Under the pieces are notes generated by a model that saw only the letters and a list, made by a program, of their open reading frames with translations, did no database searches and was not told the DNA's origin. DNA of 64,000 bases, from NCBI GenBank assembly GCA_964304625.1, contig OZ199840.1:4492458-4556457 (forward strand). The letters are read 5' to 3'. Shown one piece after another: positions 11,386-24,587 of the stretch. Made by a program: the position numbers and the translations under genes. Source of the DNA: Kudoa neothunni. Its lineage: Eukaryota; Animalia; Cnidaria. Positions within the stretch are counted from its first letter, which is position 1. Each line of letters opens with the position of its first letter.

Positions 11386-14300
11386 CAACACACATTCTGT
11401 GCGCAATATCTATCTAATCGCGCGCGCATGCAATATAAAACTCAATTATTTTCTTTACAATAAATTAATTAACATTTATTTGTTGGAAAAATGGTTATAA
11501 AGTAAATTTCTAGGTATATTTTACAATTTTAGATATTCTATCCATCACTGGGTAGAAATCATTGAATCCATTGGAGTCTTAAGTTAAAATGTTCAGCGTA
11601 TTTCTGAAATAACATTCGTCAGTTTCTCCACATTTGATGTATACGTGAGGTGGTCATTTTCAATGTGATTTGCATCATGTTGAGAATTTTCATTTCAAAT
11701 AGATGGATTGATCTTATAAGACTAAAAACCATATTCTATAATTTCATATGTTTTGCACGATCTAACTGATTGATAATGATACAACCTTCTTGTCGGATTT
11801 ATTAAAACTTTAAAAGTTGAGAATTAAAGCTAAGCTAAATAGTCTAGTGTATTTAGAAAGTTGTTCCTTCCAAATTAAGTATCGAGAAATTTTTCCTTTA
11901 AATCTAATTTTGTAAATTCGGTTATAAACAGATTTGGTTTTACCAAGGTTTGGTCTGGTAAGAAAAAGCAAGATACATATATGAACCATGACATATACGG
12001 GTGCGCGAGTATTTAGAATGAAGTTGCTATTTTACGTTTAATTTAATTTTTAAATTTATGATTTCATCTGATATAATCGTTAATCTTTATGTTCATTTTA
12101 ATTTTTATAACAATGATGCAATTAGATACAATCACAGTTGAAGAAAGTAAAAAAGTATTTTTATAAAAAACGGTTTAAGAAATGTTAATTTATAATTGTG
12201 ACGTAAAGATATGATAATTAAATCCGAAACATGCAATTTGTTCCAATATATTATTCGCTTTTAATATTTATCATTTATAATTATAGGAATTTTTCAGTAT
12301 TTAAAAACAATTTTAATTACAATATTAAAATTTTAGAATTTTTACAAGTGAACCTACTTTTTAATAATTAATAATGATGTTTTTGTTTATAAATTTTTTT
12401 GTGGTTTTTCCTGTTAAATTTAAAAGGTATTTAATGAATAATGGAAGATATTTACCATCGGATTTTTTAAACAGTTGTTTTCCCACATTATAATAATATA
12501 AATTTATCGCACGTCATTTATAATAAAGAATACAACACGTTTGATAAATTTATTTGAAAAATGTTTAACATAATTATTTAACTTTTCGAAATTACTTATT
12601 TTCATCATATTGACCAACAAATCCACTTAAAATATTATGTTTTAACATAACTTTTTCTCTTTATTTGTCTATAATTTAATTAATTGATGAAAACCTATTT
12701 CTCAAAGATAAATTTTATATTAAAGTTACATAAAATAAATATTGTCGATTTCATGAGTACCAAATAAAATATTTATTTACAGAAAAGCATAATTACATGA
12801 CCTTGTGCAATTATAACAAAATCTTTCGCCTCCCGTAATAATCTTCATCTCCTTGTATGTATAGATTCGTTTAAACAGAAAAAATAACCATACAACGCTC
12901 GTGCGCACTTTTGGGAGAATATTAAATGGAACAAAATAAACATTCTGCTCCATATAACCGCTGGATAGCGCAGGCATAAGACAAAACTGAGAAATGGTTC
13001 GAGATTAATGTCGTGTATGATTATTTTCAAACATGTTATACGTGTCAATTATTTTTTCATTACATCATTTTAATATTTCATAAAGATTTAATGAATGAGT
13101 TAATCCATCGGAACCATTATATACGTTTCTCGTAAATTTTAGAGATAGATATTTTAGTTTATTATTAATCAATAATTTATTTATTTTAATTGATTCATTA
13201 AAGCGAATGAAAGTAAAATTTAATTATTTTGTTATCATTGATTATCGTTGGTCGGATTCCTCCAAGGTTCTATCGGAGTGTGTATATTTGATTTGTAATC
13301 AATTTGATCACTGATATTAGCCTCTCAGAAATATATGTATAAAAGAAATCAAATTGGATTTAGTAATTAAGTCCACAGTTTTTCATAAAAAATATTTAAA
13401 TTCCATCCTCATAGTTCTCATCATCCATTTGTCGTAGTTACATTATTTACATTAAATATAATAAAAATACATTCTCGATTGTTTTTAAAAAAATTTTAAA
13501 TTTGATCAGCGATTAAGCTACGCTCTAATGAAGAAATTAATTCCGTAGGTTTACCACCTATTTTATGACAAATATTAGAGTTGATTTAAACCTAAAATAA
13601 TCTAATATTGAAACTGTACAAAACATTTTATTATTATATTTTTTTATTTATGTACATAGACCACACATATAGTTCAAAACCAACGAATCTACTCAGTTTT
13701 AAAGGAGGACATGAAATCCTGTAATAAAACAAAGATACTAATAAATTTATACACGTGGATAAAGTTTACAATTATAAAATATCTCTGTTTTTCTGCATTG
13801 ACTACTAGTTCAACTTTTGTTGTTTAATAAATTAAATATGAATAATTTTTATTAATATAAAAATAGAAAAACTTTGAAATAAACGTTTAAGTTCGTTCTG
13901 CCTCTTTAAAATAAAAATCACCAAATAATGACGCACAACAAAAAGTGCGTAATATCCACCTAAGCAAAAACCGTTGTTGACTGTATCGGTACTACGTGAC
14001 ATTAAACAAAATTTTTGAACTGTAGAATACTGTAATTTATCTGAAATGTTGTATTTCTTAGTAACACACGTTAATCTAAGATAACATGAACCAAAAAATT
14101 AGAATAAAAAGTTTAAGTAGGTAAAAACAAACATTTATAAAAAATGGGATCACATACGGCACCACATGGTTTCCTCAAGGTTAACAATGCCTTTTTGAAT
14201 CATATAATGTGTTTCTGCAGAGGTTTTGCCGAGTTTAACACCAAACTATATACAAATCCTCTATTCACGATTCTCAGACAATCGATCGCGCGACCTCGGC

Positions 14301-14479
14301 TTAGATCGTAACTTTTAAAATATGTTAAAATTCTTTTAGTTTTCTATCAATTTTTTCTGATGTATAAATGATACGCATGAATATATTTTATATAAATTTT
14401 GATAATTTTAGTATAGTATAAAACACTTTATTACTCGATATTAGGCTAGTCTCGATACTTTTATAACAGACCACGTATA

Positions 14480-17400
14480 CTTAGTTGTTCATCTATGAAA
14501 AGTAGTAATTATATTAAATAGCAGAGTTTAGAATAAAATAAGTTCTTAAAATTTATTTACACTTAATATTTGTTAAATAATTTATATTTTTTAGCTAAAT
14601 AAAAATAGAGCATTAAATGTACGAAAAAGACATTAGTATTATTAATAATGAAACTAAGTATACTGTCGGAGAAAATTCAATCAGTTTAAAGATAAATGCT
14701 GCAACGTTAGATTTAAACAATATTATAAATTCAAGTAATTAGTAAAGTATTATTAAATAATGATACAACAAATATATGACTTTATATAATGTTATGATTT
14801 TTTTCCATACTATGATATAGGTGAACAGTCATCTTGTAACTGACGGGAGGGTTAAATAGCCCTAAAATAGTTAAATGTAGGTGAGAATAAAAATAATGTG
14901 AGTAGGTCATTTTTTTGGAAGAAATAGACAAGAATGGAAGTTATTATGATAGTTATTTCAAATCCTCTTCGATTCCATTAAACTAAAGTGTCTCATTCGT
15001 ATACAATACTTAATTCATTTATTCAACTAATGAATACACTAGGAGATATGAATGCATTAATTTTTCTTTAATACGTTGAATGGATTCATTAGTTTATAAT
15101 CTACGCATACATTTATTAAGTTTAGAATTTCATATCTAATTTTCCTGAAATAATTTTTACATTATATATTCTGATTTTTATTTGCTAAATATTTTATTTG
15201 GTGTTAAACGATAAGGCCGGGTATATCCAATATATTAAACTTAATGAAATTTATTCATGATTTATTTGGTGCTCATTAATTCCGATAATAGATAATAACG
15301 AAGAATTAATATATGAGGTTGCCATTTTGGTTTCTATTTTCAACTATTCTCACAACGAGTAAATTGTTATGTTTAATCTTCCTTTAATTATTTTATTCAT
15401 ATTTAGTATGTTGTCACAAATATTTTATCAAACAAATCGAACGACCTGAGCCTGTGCCTGTACCTGTAGAACCGAAAACAGAAGGTGATATACAAAGCGG
15501 GACCGGGGTTAGTCAAAGCAATATTTTAATGTCAAATATTCCCTTGATGCTGATGAAATCCGCTGATTCTGAGGGTACTCAGGCGGCTGCTGCTGATGGT
15601 CCTGATGTTAGTGATGATCATGGTGACTCTGACGATGATGCTGATGAAGCTGGTGCTACTGGCGAAGCTGGCGCTGATACTGACAATGAAGGTAGTAGTG
15701 ACTCCACGGGTGATTCTTCCTCATCAACCGAGGATACAGAATCAACTACCACTGCCGCCCCTATTGAAACCACAATAAATCCACAAGATATACCTATGGT
15801 TGATCAAGAAATCTCAAAAATACATGGATGAAATCACAATTCATTTGAAGGGAGAAGAAGTCGATAAGTGCAAAATAGAACATTTGATTAGAGATGGAGA
15901 TAGAGCCAAATTCAATGAAACTATGTGCACAATAGGCACTGGAACCGACAAAGTTGTATGCGAACCTAACTGTAACGAGAAGGTTGTGATTAAAGTTAAT
16001 AGTGGAAGGTCGATGCACTATTTCAGAATTACTGAAGGAATCAAAATTAATATACTAGCGGTTCCAGCTGGTAAATATTAATGATTAATTAGTTTTGTTA
16101 ATTTTTTGATAGATATGCCAAGACTTCCTGAAACTAATGTTACACTTAGTGAAGAGGAAGCTCAATTCAGTGTTAACAATTTCTGCACAGACAACTACAA
16201 ATGTCGAGTTAGAAGCACTAACCAAGATACAACATTGGTCAAAGTAGAAAATAACAATTGTTCTGCATATAATATCACTGTACCCATTCGCTACTCAATG
16301 TCCAGTTCCTACTACTCTTACTGTGGTGCTACTCAAGCTAAAGTCATGTTCTATGCCAATAAATCTTTCTATAATAAAGATAACAAATTTAAATATATTC
16401 CGTTCACCGTATCACAATCAGGTACATCAGACAAATTCCCCATTGGAAGTTCAAAATCCTTACATGGGCTATGAAATCTGCAATTTCCAAATAAAAGGTA
16501 GTACCGCTACCTATTATGACAAATGTAGTGAAATTAAAATCGACGGTGATAAATGTTTTAAATATTGCGGTGGAGCCACCACTCTAGAATTGACGGGACA
16601 AAGTGGATCTGCTACTGATTATACCGTCAAAATTGCTACTAGGCATGGAGAAAAAGAATATAAAATAAAACGGTATATCCTTAGTAAATAAATAAAAAAT
16701 AATACAATATAGCCGGGAAAAATACTGTTGCCATATCTGATATTACAACAACCTCAGCTAGTTATCAAGTTACTAATACTGATTCTTCTAAATGTTATCC
16801 GTCCTTGGTACACGCGAAATTTCCAGGTATTCCAATGAGCGATATATGTGGAGACGGAAGAAACGAAAAATGCACTGATGTATGTGCCACAAAACGACAT
16901 TAAAACTACTAACTCCTAACACACCATATATACTTGAAATGAAGATAGGAACTAGTTTAAATACTGCAGATCACGTTGTTAATAAATTTTTTTCAACAAG
17001 TACATATATATTTATATATTATAAATACTAAATCTCATTAGCTCCAATTAAATTCGATGGAACACAAGCCTTGTTTTTTGGTAACACAATGATTATGACC
17101 CCAAGAACAGCGAGTGAATATGAGTCTTATCTCCCAAAAATGAAATGCTACGTGAGATATGAAATGCGCAGAAAATCTCGAAAAATAATAGCAACTTGTT
17201 CGAATGGAAAACCATGTTGGGGTTTGTGTTCTCAAAGATTTAAAGTGATAAATTTGCCTGTTAATATAACCCTAAGTATCGAGTTGGTTCATGCTGGTCA
17301 CACTAATCATACAGTTTATCAAGTGTCGCAACTAATAAGTGAATAAACATTGATTTAAGAACATTAAAACACAGAATTTTAGGACCAAGTGATAATAAAG

Positions 17401-18311
17401 TAAAACCAGAAATAACATTTGACACTAATGAAAAAAGATTAACAATCATACCAAACAAAAATCAACCAGGGAATTTATGTGACGTTGTGATCTACGCAGT
17501 CGATCCCCGCGAATCCAAAGGACAAATTCTTGTTTGAGAAATTGGAAAATCAACTGATGATGATATTGATTGTGCCAATTCGGTTGTCTTCGACAATATA
17601 GATATAAATTACAGGTATCAGTTATCGTCAGGTGATGGACAAGCTGCAGCCCTCATTGAAGAAATTGAAGTTGGAAGTAATTTATTAAGTACTATTTATA
17701 TTTGTAATATATATTTTTTAGGACAAGGAACTGGGTAAAAATATGTTTTATTTAAAATTTTTTAATTTAAAATGTTGTTTTTTATAGTGGTTGGATGAAA
17801 AAGAATTGGTGGATGTAATTTTAACATGTTAATGTAATACAAAAATTGCATAAAATTTTTATTTAGTATCCTCGCGGTGTTAGGTGCTTTGGGTGTGGTA
17901 ATTGGTGGAGTGGCCTTTATGGCAAGTAAATCCAAGAACTAAACATCTCATTTCTTTCTACTGGAGAAAACATTATATTACTTCTTATGAAACAATGGTT
18001 ATTATTTACAATTATAGTAAAATGACTTAATTTTAATTTCAATAAACAATATCTAGATTCTTTGTAGAAATTAAATATTTTGTTCTTTTAGGATAAACTT
18101 AACTTAATATTGTATTTTTTCACTGAGTTAATTTTATGTACCTTTTGAGTTTTGATTTAATTAATAATCCTCGTAAATCCCTTTATTTGGGTTGAATCAA
18201 AGAATATCCTACAATAATTTTTGAAGTAAGAATTATTTAAATAGCTTGTATAAAAGTATACATTCTTAATAATGTGAATCACTTTACTTTTATTTAGGCA
18301 TTCAAAATTTA
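14480..18311 (+). repeat. Left arm of a ~3.8-kb inverted duplication (partner 24588-28420)
   Basis: Reverse-complement homology runs from ~830 bp upstream of the ATG to ~370 bp past the stop. The inner breakpoint lies after TTTAGGCATTCAAAATTT. Confidence 0.92.
15313..17942 (+). CDS. Surface-protein family copy 2: 9-exon type I membrane protein, ~750 aa
   Basis: ATG at 15313. Introns include 15359-15406, 16071-16112, 17339-17382, 17677-17721, 17735-17787 and 17815-17866. The C-terminus is WWIILAVLGALGVVIGGVAFMASKSKN*. Several single-base homopolymer indels relative to copy 3 (e.g. 15816-15820, 16438-16441). Confidence 0.85.
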
Positions 18312-18927
18312 TAATCTCCATGTTAATCTATTATAATTAAAAAGATATGATTCCCAAAAATATTCTTTTCTTTATTTTATAATACACCTATTTGTTTAAT
18401 AAAATTTTATTTTTATGTCAAAATTAGAAATCGATTAAATAAACTCAATTTTCCTGACTGGTGTGAATAAAAACATGAAATATATAATAGTTTTTATAAT
18501 TCTGATTTTCTGAGCTTTTAGGACAATAATTTATTTCCTTATTATAATTTTTTCAATAAAAATCGACACGTATGCAATCAATTTCTAACATTATTAATTT
18601 TGATAGGATAAAAAATATTATTTAATATTTATATTGTAATAGATTTAATCCCAGTGTAATGTCGAGTGAATACCAATTTAATAATATAATATATATTAAT
18701 TTTTTTAATTCTTGGAAGATTTCTTATGGTTTTTAAAAATAATCATTTAAATTTTGAAATAAAAAATTTTTATATAACAAATAATTGGATTTAAATTTAT
18801 GAATAATTATATTATTATCATAAAATTTGTTGTTCATGACTCAAATAAACATGTTAAATAAATTAAAATAATTAAAATATGATGACAGAAAATGATATGA
18901 ATACTTTTTCTCTCTTCGTATCATTAA

Positions 18928-20007
18928 CCTCCCAAAGTCGCCAAAAAAACAATCTGCGGAGGTCTTTTGGTGTCAATTTGACCCCAGACTATTATTTGAT
19001 AAACTAATTCTAAAAATTGTTACCTACTCAGTTTTCTGGTATTTTCGAGTTCTATCGACTAGTTTTTCAGTAAAACAATGTAAAACATAACTATTAATCC
19101 TGTTAAATCTTTTACTTAATTATTCTTAAGCTGTTAGGGTATGATCATAAAATGTTAGCCATTGTTTGATAGTTAATTTATTGTTTTTTAAATATTTTGG
19201 GTTTTTTGGGAAAAATATTTTTTTTTCAATTTTCCATAAATAATAACTTAATATTTAACCGAAAATAACAATTATTTATTTTCACGTAGATCGTGATACT
19301 TTTTCAGTTTGGTTTTTTATCCTAATCTAGCGCGAAACCCCACCTTTGTCAGGTTACATAAATATTTTGAGTTAAGAATCTCTTTAAAATCATTTAAAAA
19401 ATACACTTATACTCTCAGTTAATCCATCTAAAGGACGAAACAAAAATATTTTTAAAGGAAATCGCACAAGTTCTCTATCAACCTTTCATGGACCGAAAGC
19501 TACAGAAAGGGAAAATTGTCAAAGCAAAATCACCTTATCTAGGAATCTAGACTAACAGTTTCCAAATAGCCAAAAAATGTCGATGTGAATAATGTCCTCG
19601 AGAAACTGATAAAAAAACTCAATCCAACAGCTCATATTTGCAATAAACACAATTGCTCAATTCGTTCATCGAAGAGATGTAAGAATTGTTCAAATAATTA
19701 GATAATTCGGATCAAATTTTTAATAATTTACATAATCTTTTTGTTACTTGAGGAATATATAGTCTTCAACTTATCAACTAAAACCATCAACGCAAAGTAT
19801 CATTCTTCGTACGATCATTTGAGAACAGGATCCGAGGATTATTAGTAAGATATTAACACAGATTAAATGTTATATTAATCACCATTTTACCAAAGAATGA
19901 GTCGATAGAATTTATAAAACATCACCTCTTTATTTTTTGAAAATTTTTTGTAGTATAATCGTAAAATAAAAACTTGGGGTCAATTTGACCCCAAAGTCTT
20001 CGGAGGG
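18928..20007 (+). mobile_element. Internally deleted non-autonomous piggyBac
   Basis: TTAA at 18924 and 20008. CCTCC/GGAGGG ends with a subterminal GGGGTCAATTTGACCCC palindrome (one mismatch in the left copy). A decayed Cys-rich C-terminal remnant (KCRCE*CPRETDKK..ICNKHNC) lies at ~19570-19690. Confidence 0.8.
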
Positions 20008-21308
20008 TTAATAATGTTAAAAGTTTATTGCAGAAGTGTCGAGTCTTATCGAGAAAGTTTAGTATAAAATGATCATATTAGCTCTTACAGGAACAAGCGG
20101 GGTCTACAGAGTTCCCAAGATACGTTTTTTGACCATACCTCTAAAAATGTCTTCTGTTGATGTTGAAATTTTTAGGATATTTCATAAAACACGTAAGCCT
20201 ATATATGGGGAAGAAAATCTTTTTACTCTTTTTTTTAACTTTATAAGAAAACACAATATTTTTATAGCATGCAATTATAAATGTTGTTAACTTCAATTAT
20301 TTATTTTATAAATATTAATTTTAGTGAAATATTAAAAAATACCTTTTGTTTAAAAATTAAATGTGTTGGAAAATAACGACATATCTCAGAAGATTGCTGT
20401 TATAGATTATCGATAACTAATCCGATTGATCTCCTACATATTGTTGTTTTTCCTAAGACATTGAATTTGTCGTTCTCAAAAATAATTAAAATAATGTTGA
20501 AAACTACATCGATGATTATTCCAAGGGTGAGACAACATCTGAATGTATAATGTCTGAATAGGACCCGGAAAGCCTGGATGAACGCGTTATGCCGTTGAGA
20601 AAGACGATGACCAATCAGGTCGCACTGATTATTTACATGAGCATGTCGAAAATGTTCCAATTTTCTCTGATCACCTAGACTGGACTGATATTTTGAGATT
20701 TATAGATTCGAGAAGCGTTTTACTTTAAATATTAATTACGCGGGTTTTTATACTCGAATGACATCATATCATTTGATTTTGCCCTTGATAATTTATAGTC
20801 TTGATATAACAGAGTATTTAATTTTGGACAGAAAACTTCACTTAAAAATACGATGAAACTTGTTTAATTTAAAAGATATGTTGAACTTCTTAATCTTAAG
20901 GTCAGTACTTCATCGTCATATGCCAGTCTAGTGTTACCGACAAAACGTGCGATTGTTGTGTGATATTTTGTCTCATTTGCTTTCTAATTATTGATTCCAT
21001 AATATCTTTAGTTTCAATAAACCATTAAATTTTGTATTCATTAACAATATACGCATACGTCAAATTATATAATGTGCTCATTCAAATGTAACCTTCTGAA
21101 CTACCGAATCACAAAAATTTAGATATTTATTGACAAAAAAGAAATTACGTATTAATTGTAACACCAGTTAGTTCATTATTATGTTTACTTTTAAATATAC
21201 ACGTTTGATGTAATTTGATTAAGTTTAAGTTCTATTTTTACTGCTGTATCGCCAGACCCAGCTTGGGCACACCCGGTTTTTCAAATCGGTTGGTCCCGGA
21301 AGGGTTAA

Positions 21309-22200
21309 CCTACTGAATAAAATGGGGTAGATTTCTACCCCAAGTGAATTCCGCCAACAATATTATGGTGTATAAACGTAACATAACTCCTCTCCACTTT
21401 TTGTAATCTTTTATCTTTGCGAGAGATTTCACAAAAATGAGTTGAAATTTATTTTTGTCATATATCCAAAAAGTTAATGTAAAAACACCTTCAAATATAA
21501 TTGGAGTAGAAATTTACCACACATTTTTATTTCATAAAATTAATTAAAATATTGATACATGTGATTATTAATAATTTACGGAAATTCTATCCAGTAAATA
21601 ATGAATAAATAACGAAACACTATCCATGCGATTCCAGTACGCATGCGCAATATCGATATAAGCATGTTGTTCTCTCCAGAATACAACGATAGCTCCTCAT
21701 TCTCTCATTATTTTTATACTATTCGTTCAAAATACAATGACTTTTCATCAGTTTGCTTACTTCTATGTTGTATAGAGCATTAACAAAACATATGTGAAAA
21801 ATGTTAATCAATATTCTTAGTTTGTATTGAAGAGTGCACTAAAAAAAATATGATACAATTGTCCTACACTTTGATAAGTTTTGGGTTTTTCGGTGCTGTT
21901 TTACGCTGCGTTTTTTAAAATGAGATAAATTAATTGGCATCTATTATAAAACTTGAATTAAACGTTAAAACTAAAAACCCGCGGAAATACACTTATAAAT
22001 ACAATCAAACTCCATGGAAATGTAACAACATTAATGTGCGCGCGTGCGTACACATAATATAACTTTAATAATTGGTCATTTATTCAAAATTTATTGGATG
22101 GATCTTCCTCATATTTCGTCAGTCAATGCTGACTTTTATTTTAGACAATTTTATCCAATAGAAAAGTGGGGTAAATTTCTACCCATTTTTATTTGGAGGG
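21309..22200. mobile_element. piggyBac-like MITE / non-autonomous element
   Basis: Left end TTAA-CCTACTGAATAAAATGGGGTAGATTTCTACCCC, with an inverted match TGGGGTAAATTTCTACCCATTTTTATTTGGAGGG. The right TTAA is degraded. Confidence 0.55.
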
Positions 22201-22272
22201 TGCAAATTTTTCAGCTATTTAGAAGTTTAATGTCTCAAAAACTCTAAAAATAAAAGTTATAAAAACTAATAC

Positions 22273-23162
22273 TGTGGGTAACCGATTTTACTTAATCATA
22301 AGGGACTGGATAAAAGTACGTAAAATCCGGAGTGATAGATTTGATGTACCAATTAGGTGCATATGCAAAAATAAATAAAAACAGATTTTTATTTTTTAAA
22401 ACTATATCACGGGATTTATAAATCATGTAAATAAATTGAGTAAACTTTATTAATTTATATTAATGTGTACACAATAATAGTGAATTTCTAATTTTCTTTC
22501 GAAAACGGATAAAATTCTGTTATTTTCAACGGTCGAATCTTCTTAAATGACATTTCATAAATATCTTCTTCAATTTCACATAACAAATTGTATTTTGTAT
22601 TACACCGACTTTTGTATGTATTTTAAAATTTGCACATAATCATTTTCTTCTTTTTATAAAACTTTACAGGTGCTATTTTAGCCTTCTCCTGTTCGATATC
22701 CTTCATAGTTGATTACATAACGTCCTTATTTTCATTAATATCAACCATTTAATCTTTCATTATCTCCTACTCGAGTATGATTTCGTCAATTTCATCCATT
22801 TTTTATTTCATAAAAGAATACAATGTGGACCTCTCGAATTGACGAATAGTAATTGTTTTTTCAATTTTAGGAGAAAGAGTTTCAAGGAACTTCAATATTT
22901 CGTATTTTTCTTTAAATGTTCAACGCTTCTGGCTATCAGTGATTGCGTAAAATCCGCAAGTGGTATAAAAATCGGAATAAAAATGTACGTAAAATTGAAC
23001 ATTATGATTTTTACGTACCTTGGCATTATTTGATATTAGATGAAGATTCTATGTTTGTAAAACGAGGAATATTAATTAGAATAAACCTTAGAATACACAT
23101 ATTTAATATGAGAACCACTAAGTTGTTTTTTAAAAAAAGTGCGTAAAATTGGTTTCCAACTA
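22273..23162. mobile_element. Older relative of the Tc1/pogo-like element at 23246-24489
   Basis: Degenerate ends CTGTGGGTAACCGATTTTAC and GTAAAATTGGTTTCCAACTA resemble the TIR of the adjacent element. Confidence 0.5.
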
Positions 23163-23245
23163 TATATATATATATCTTAAGTTTTTATTCATATCAGTCA
23201 GTTAAATGAAGTTTGTTTGATAAATTTATAATTTTGGCATAAATA

Positions 23246-24489
23246 CAGTAGGTAATCGATTTTACGTACTTTTACTTTTTCTTCGCTTATATATAATTAT
23301 CAGAGTTAACACTATTTCTCGAAATTAGGAAATTTTATTTTATACAATTAAAATTAGAAGTTCCAAGAAAAAAATAACTTATAAATAAGGTTTTATAAAA
23401 ATAGGGATTGTCCATTCTACGTAACTTTTCGGCCCCAACCATAATGATCAAAATCCTTTTTTTAAATTAATTACATCCATTATAAAAATGTAAATAATTT
23501 AGACGTAAATAAAGGTTTATTATTTCCTCATGTTTAAAAAAATTGCGAAGAAAAACCTGTAAATCATTTACATTGTTTGGAGATTTTGATCTCGTGTCTA
23601 TTTCTGCTTCGAAAACTGCTGAAACAATAATGCCGAATTTATTTCCTCATGTAAAATAAGCTTGGACTCATTCATAAGAAACCGTTTTGATAAGAAATCA
23701 ATAAATAATTTTTATGCTGTAGTTTATAATTGATTAAAGGAATTTGATTCAAAAAGATTTATTACTTATATGAGCTTTTAGGATTATAGATCGCGTCTTA
23801 ATTTAAAAAAGGTCAATTCTCTTTGGTGGTCGTTTATACACTCAAAACTGTTACCATAACTAGTAGAAAAAATTGAGTAATATTTCTGAAAAATCTTCTA
23901 CCGACCATTTTTTTGAACAATTTATAAATACTACAATATTCAATAAACAAAACGACGCCAAATAATTTTAATGTGTATAAATATTATAAGGTAAACATTG
24001 ATTTAAGTCTGGAATCCAATTCACATCTAGTAAAGACAAAATGATTTATGAGCTAAGTTTATACATCCACTTTTGGTAGTTGTTCAGATCGTTCTTTGAT
24101 TTGTCATCGTTAGAATTAACGAGTTTTTAACAGCAGTAAAAATTTATCCATTTATTGAGTAAAATAAGAAAACAATAGTGATGATGAAACATTTAAAATA
24201 TACCATATTTGTTAAAATAATAATTTCAAAAATATTGTTAACAATCTACATGTATATCTCTGTCGCTCAACTTTTACCCATGCAAATAAATTTCATAACT
24301 TCATTCTGAATTTTTCAAAAAATTCAGCAAGTTGTCTACTATCTCCCATTAAACGAATAATTTATTTTTCAAAGTCCAACTACAAAAGTATTTCGATTAA
24401 AAACCACATTATTGAAAATCGGTCAGTGATGCATTTTCAGTAAAAATTCTCTAGTCCCGAGAATTTTACGGAAAATCGATTACCTACTG
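23246..24489. mobile_element. Non-autonomous Tc1/pogo-type element
   Basis: TIR CAGTAGGTAATCGATTTT(A/C)CGTA at both ends, flanked by a TA target duplication. Confidence 0.85.
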
Positions 24490-24587
24490 TATATAACTGT
24501 GTTTAAAAAATAGATATATTGTATAGAAAACAGGAAAATTTTTCGCGAATTATGTCTTTAATTATTAATTTAAAAATGTGACAATTT

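Noticed and set aside
15313-17942. Copies 1 and 2 as pseudogenes or phase-variable (slipped-strand) genes
   Set aside because: The breaks are single-base indels in short homopolymers. The same kind of error hits RPL15, AIF and ABCG in this window, so unpolished long-read error is more parsimonious. Short reads are needed to exclude real frameshifts.
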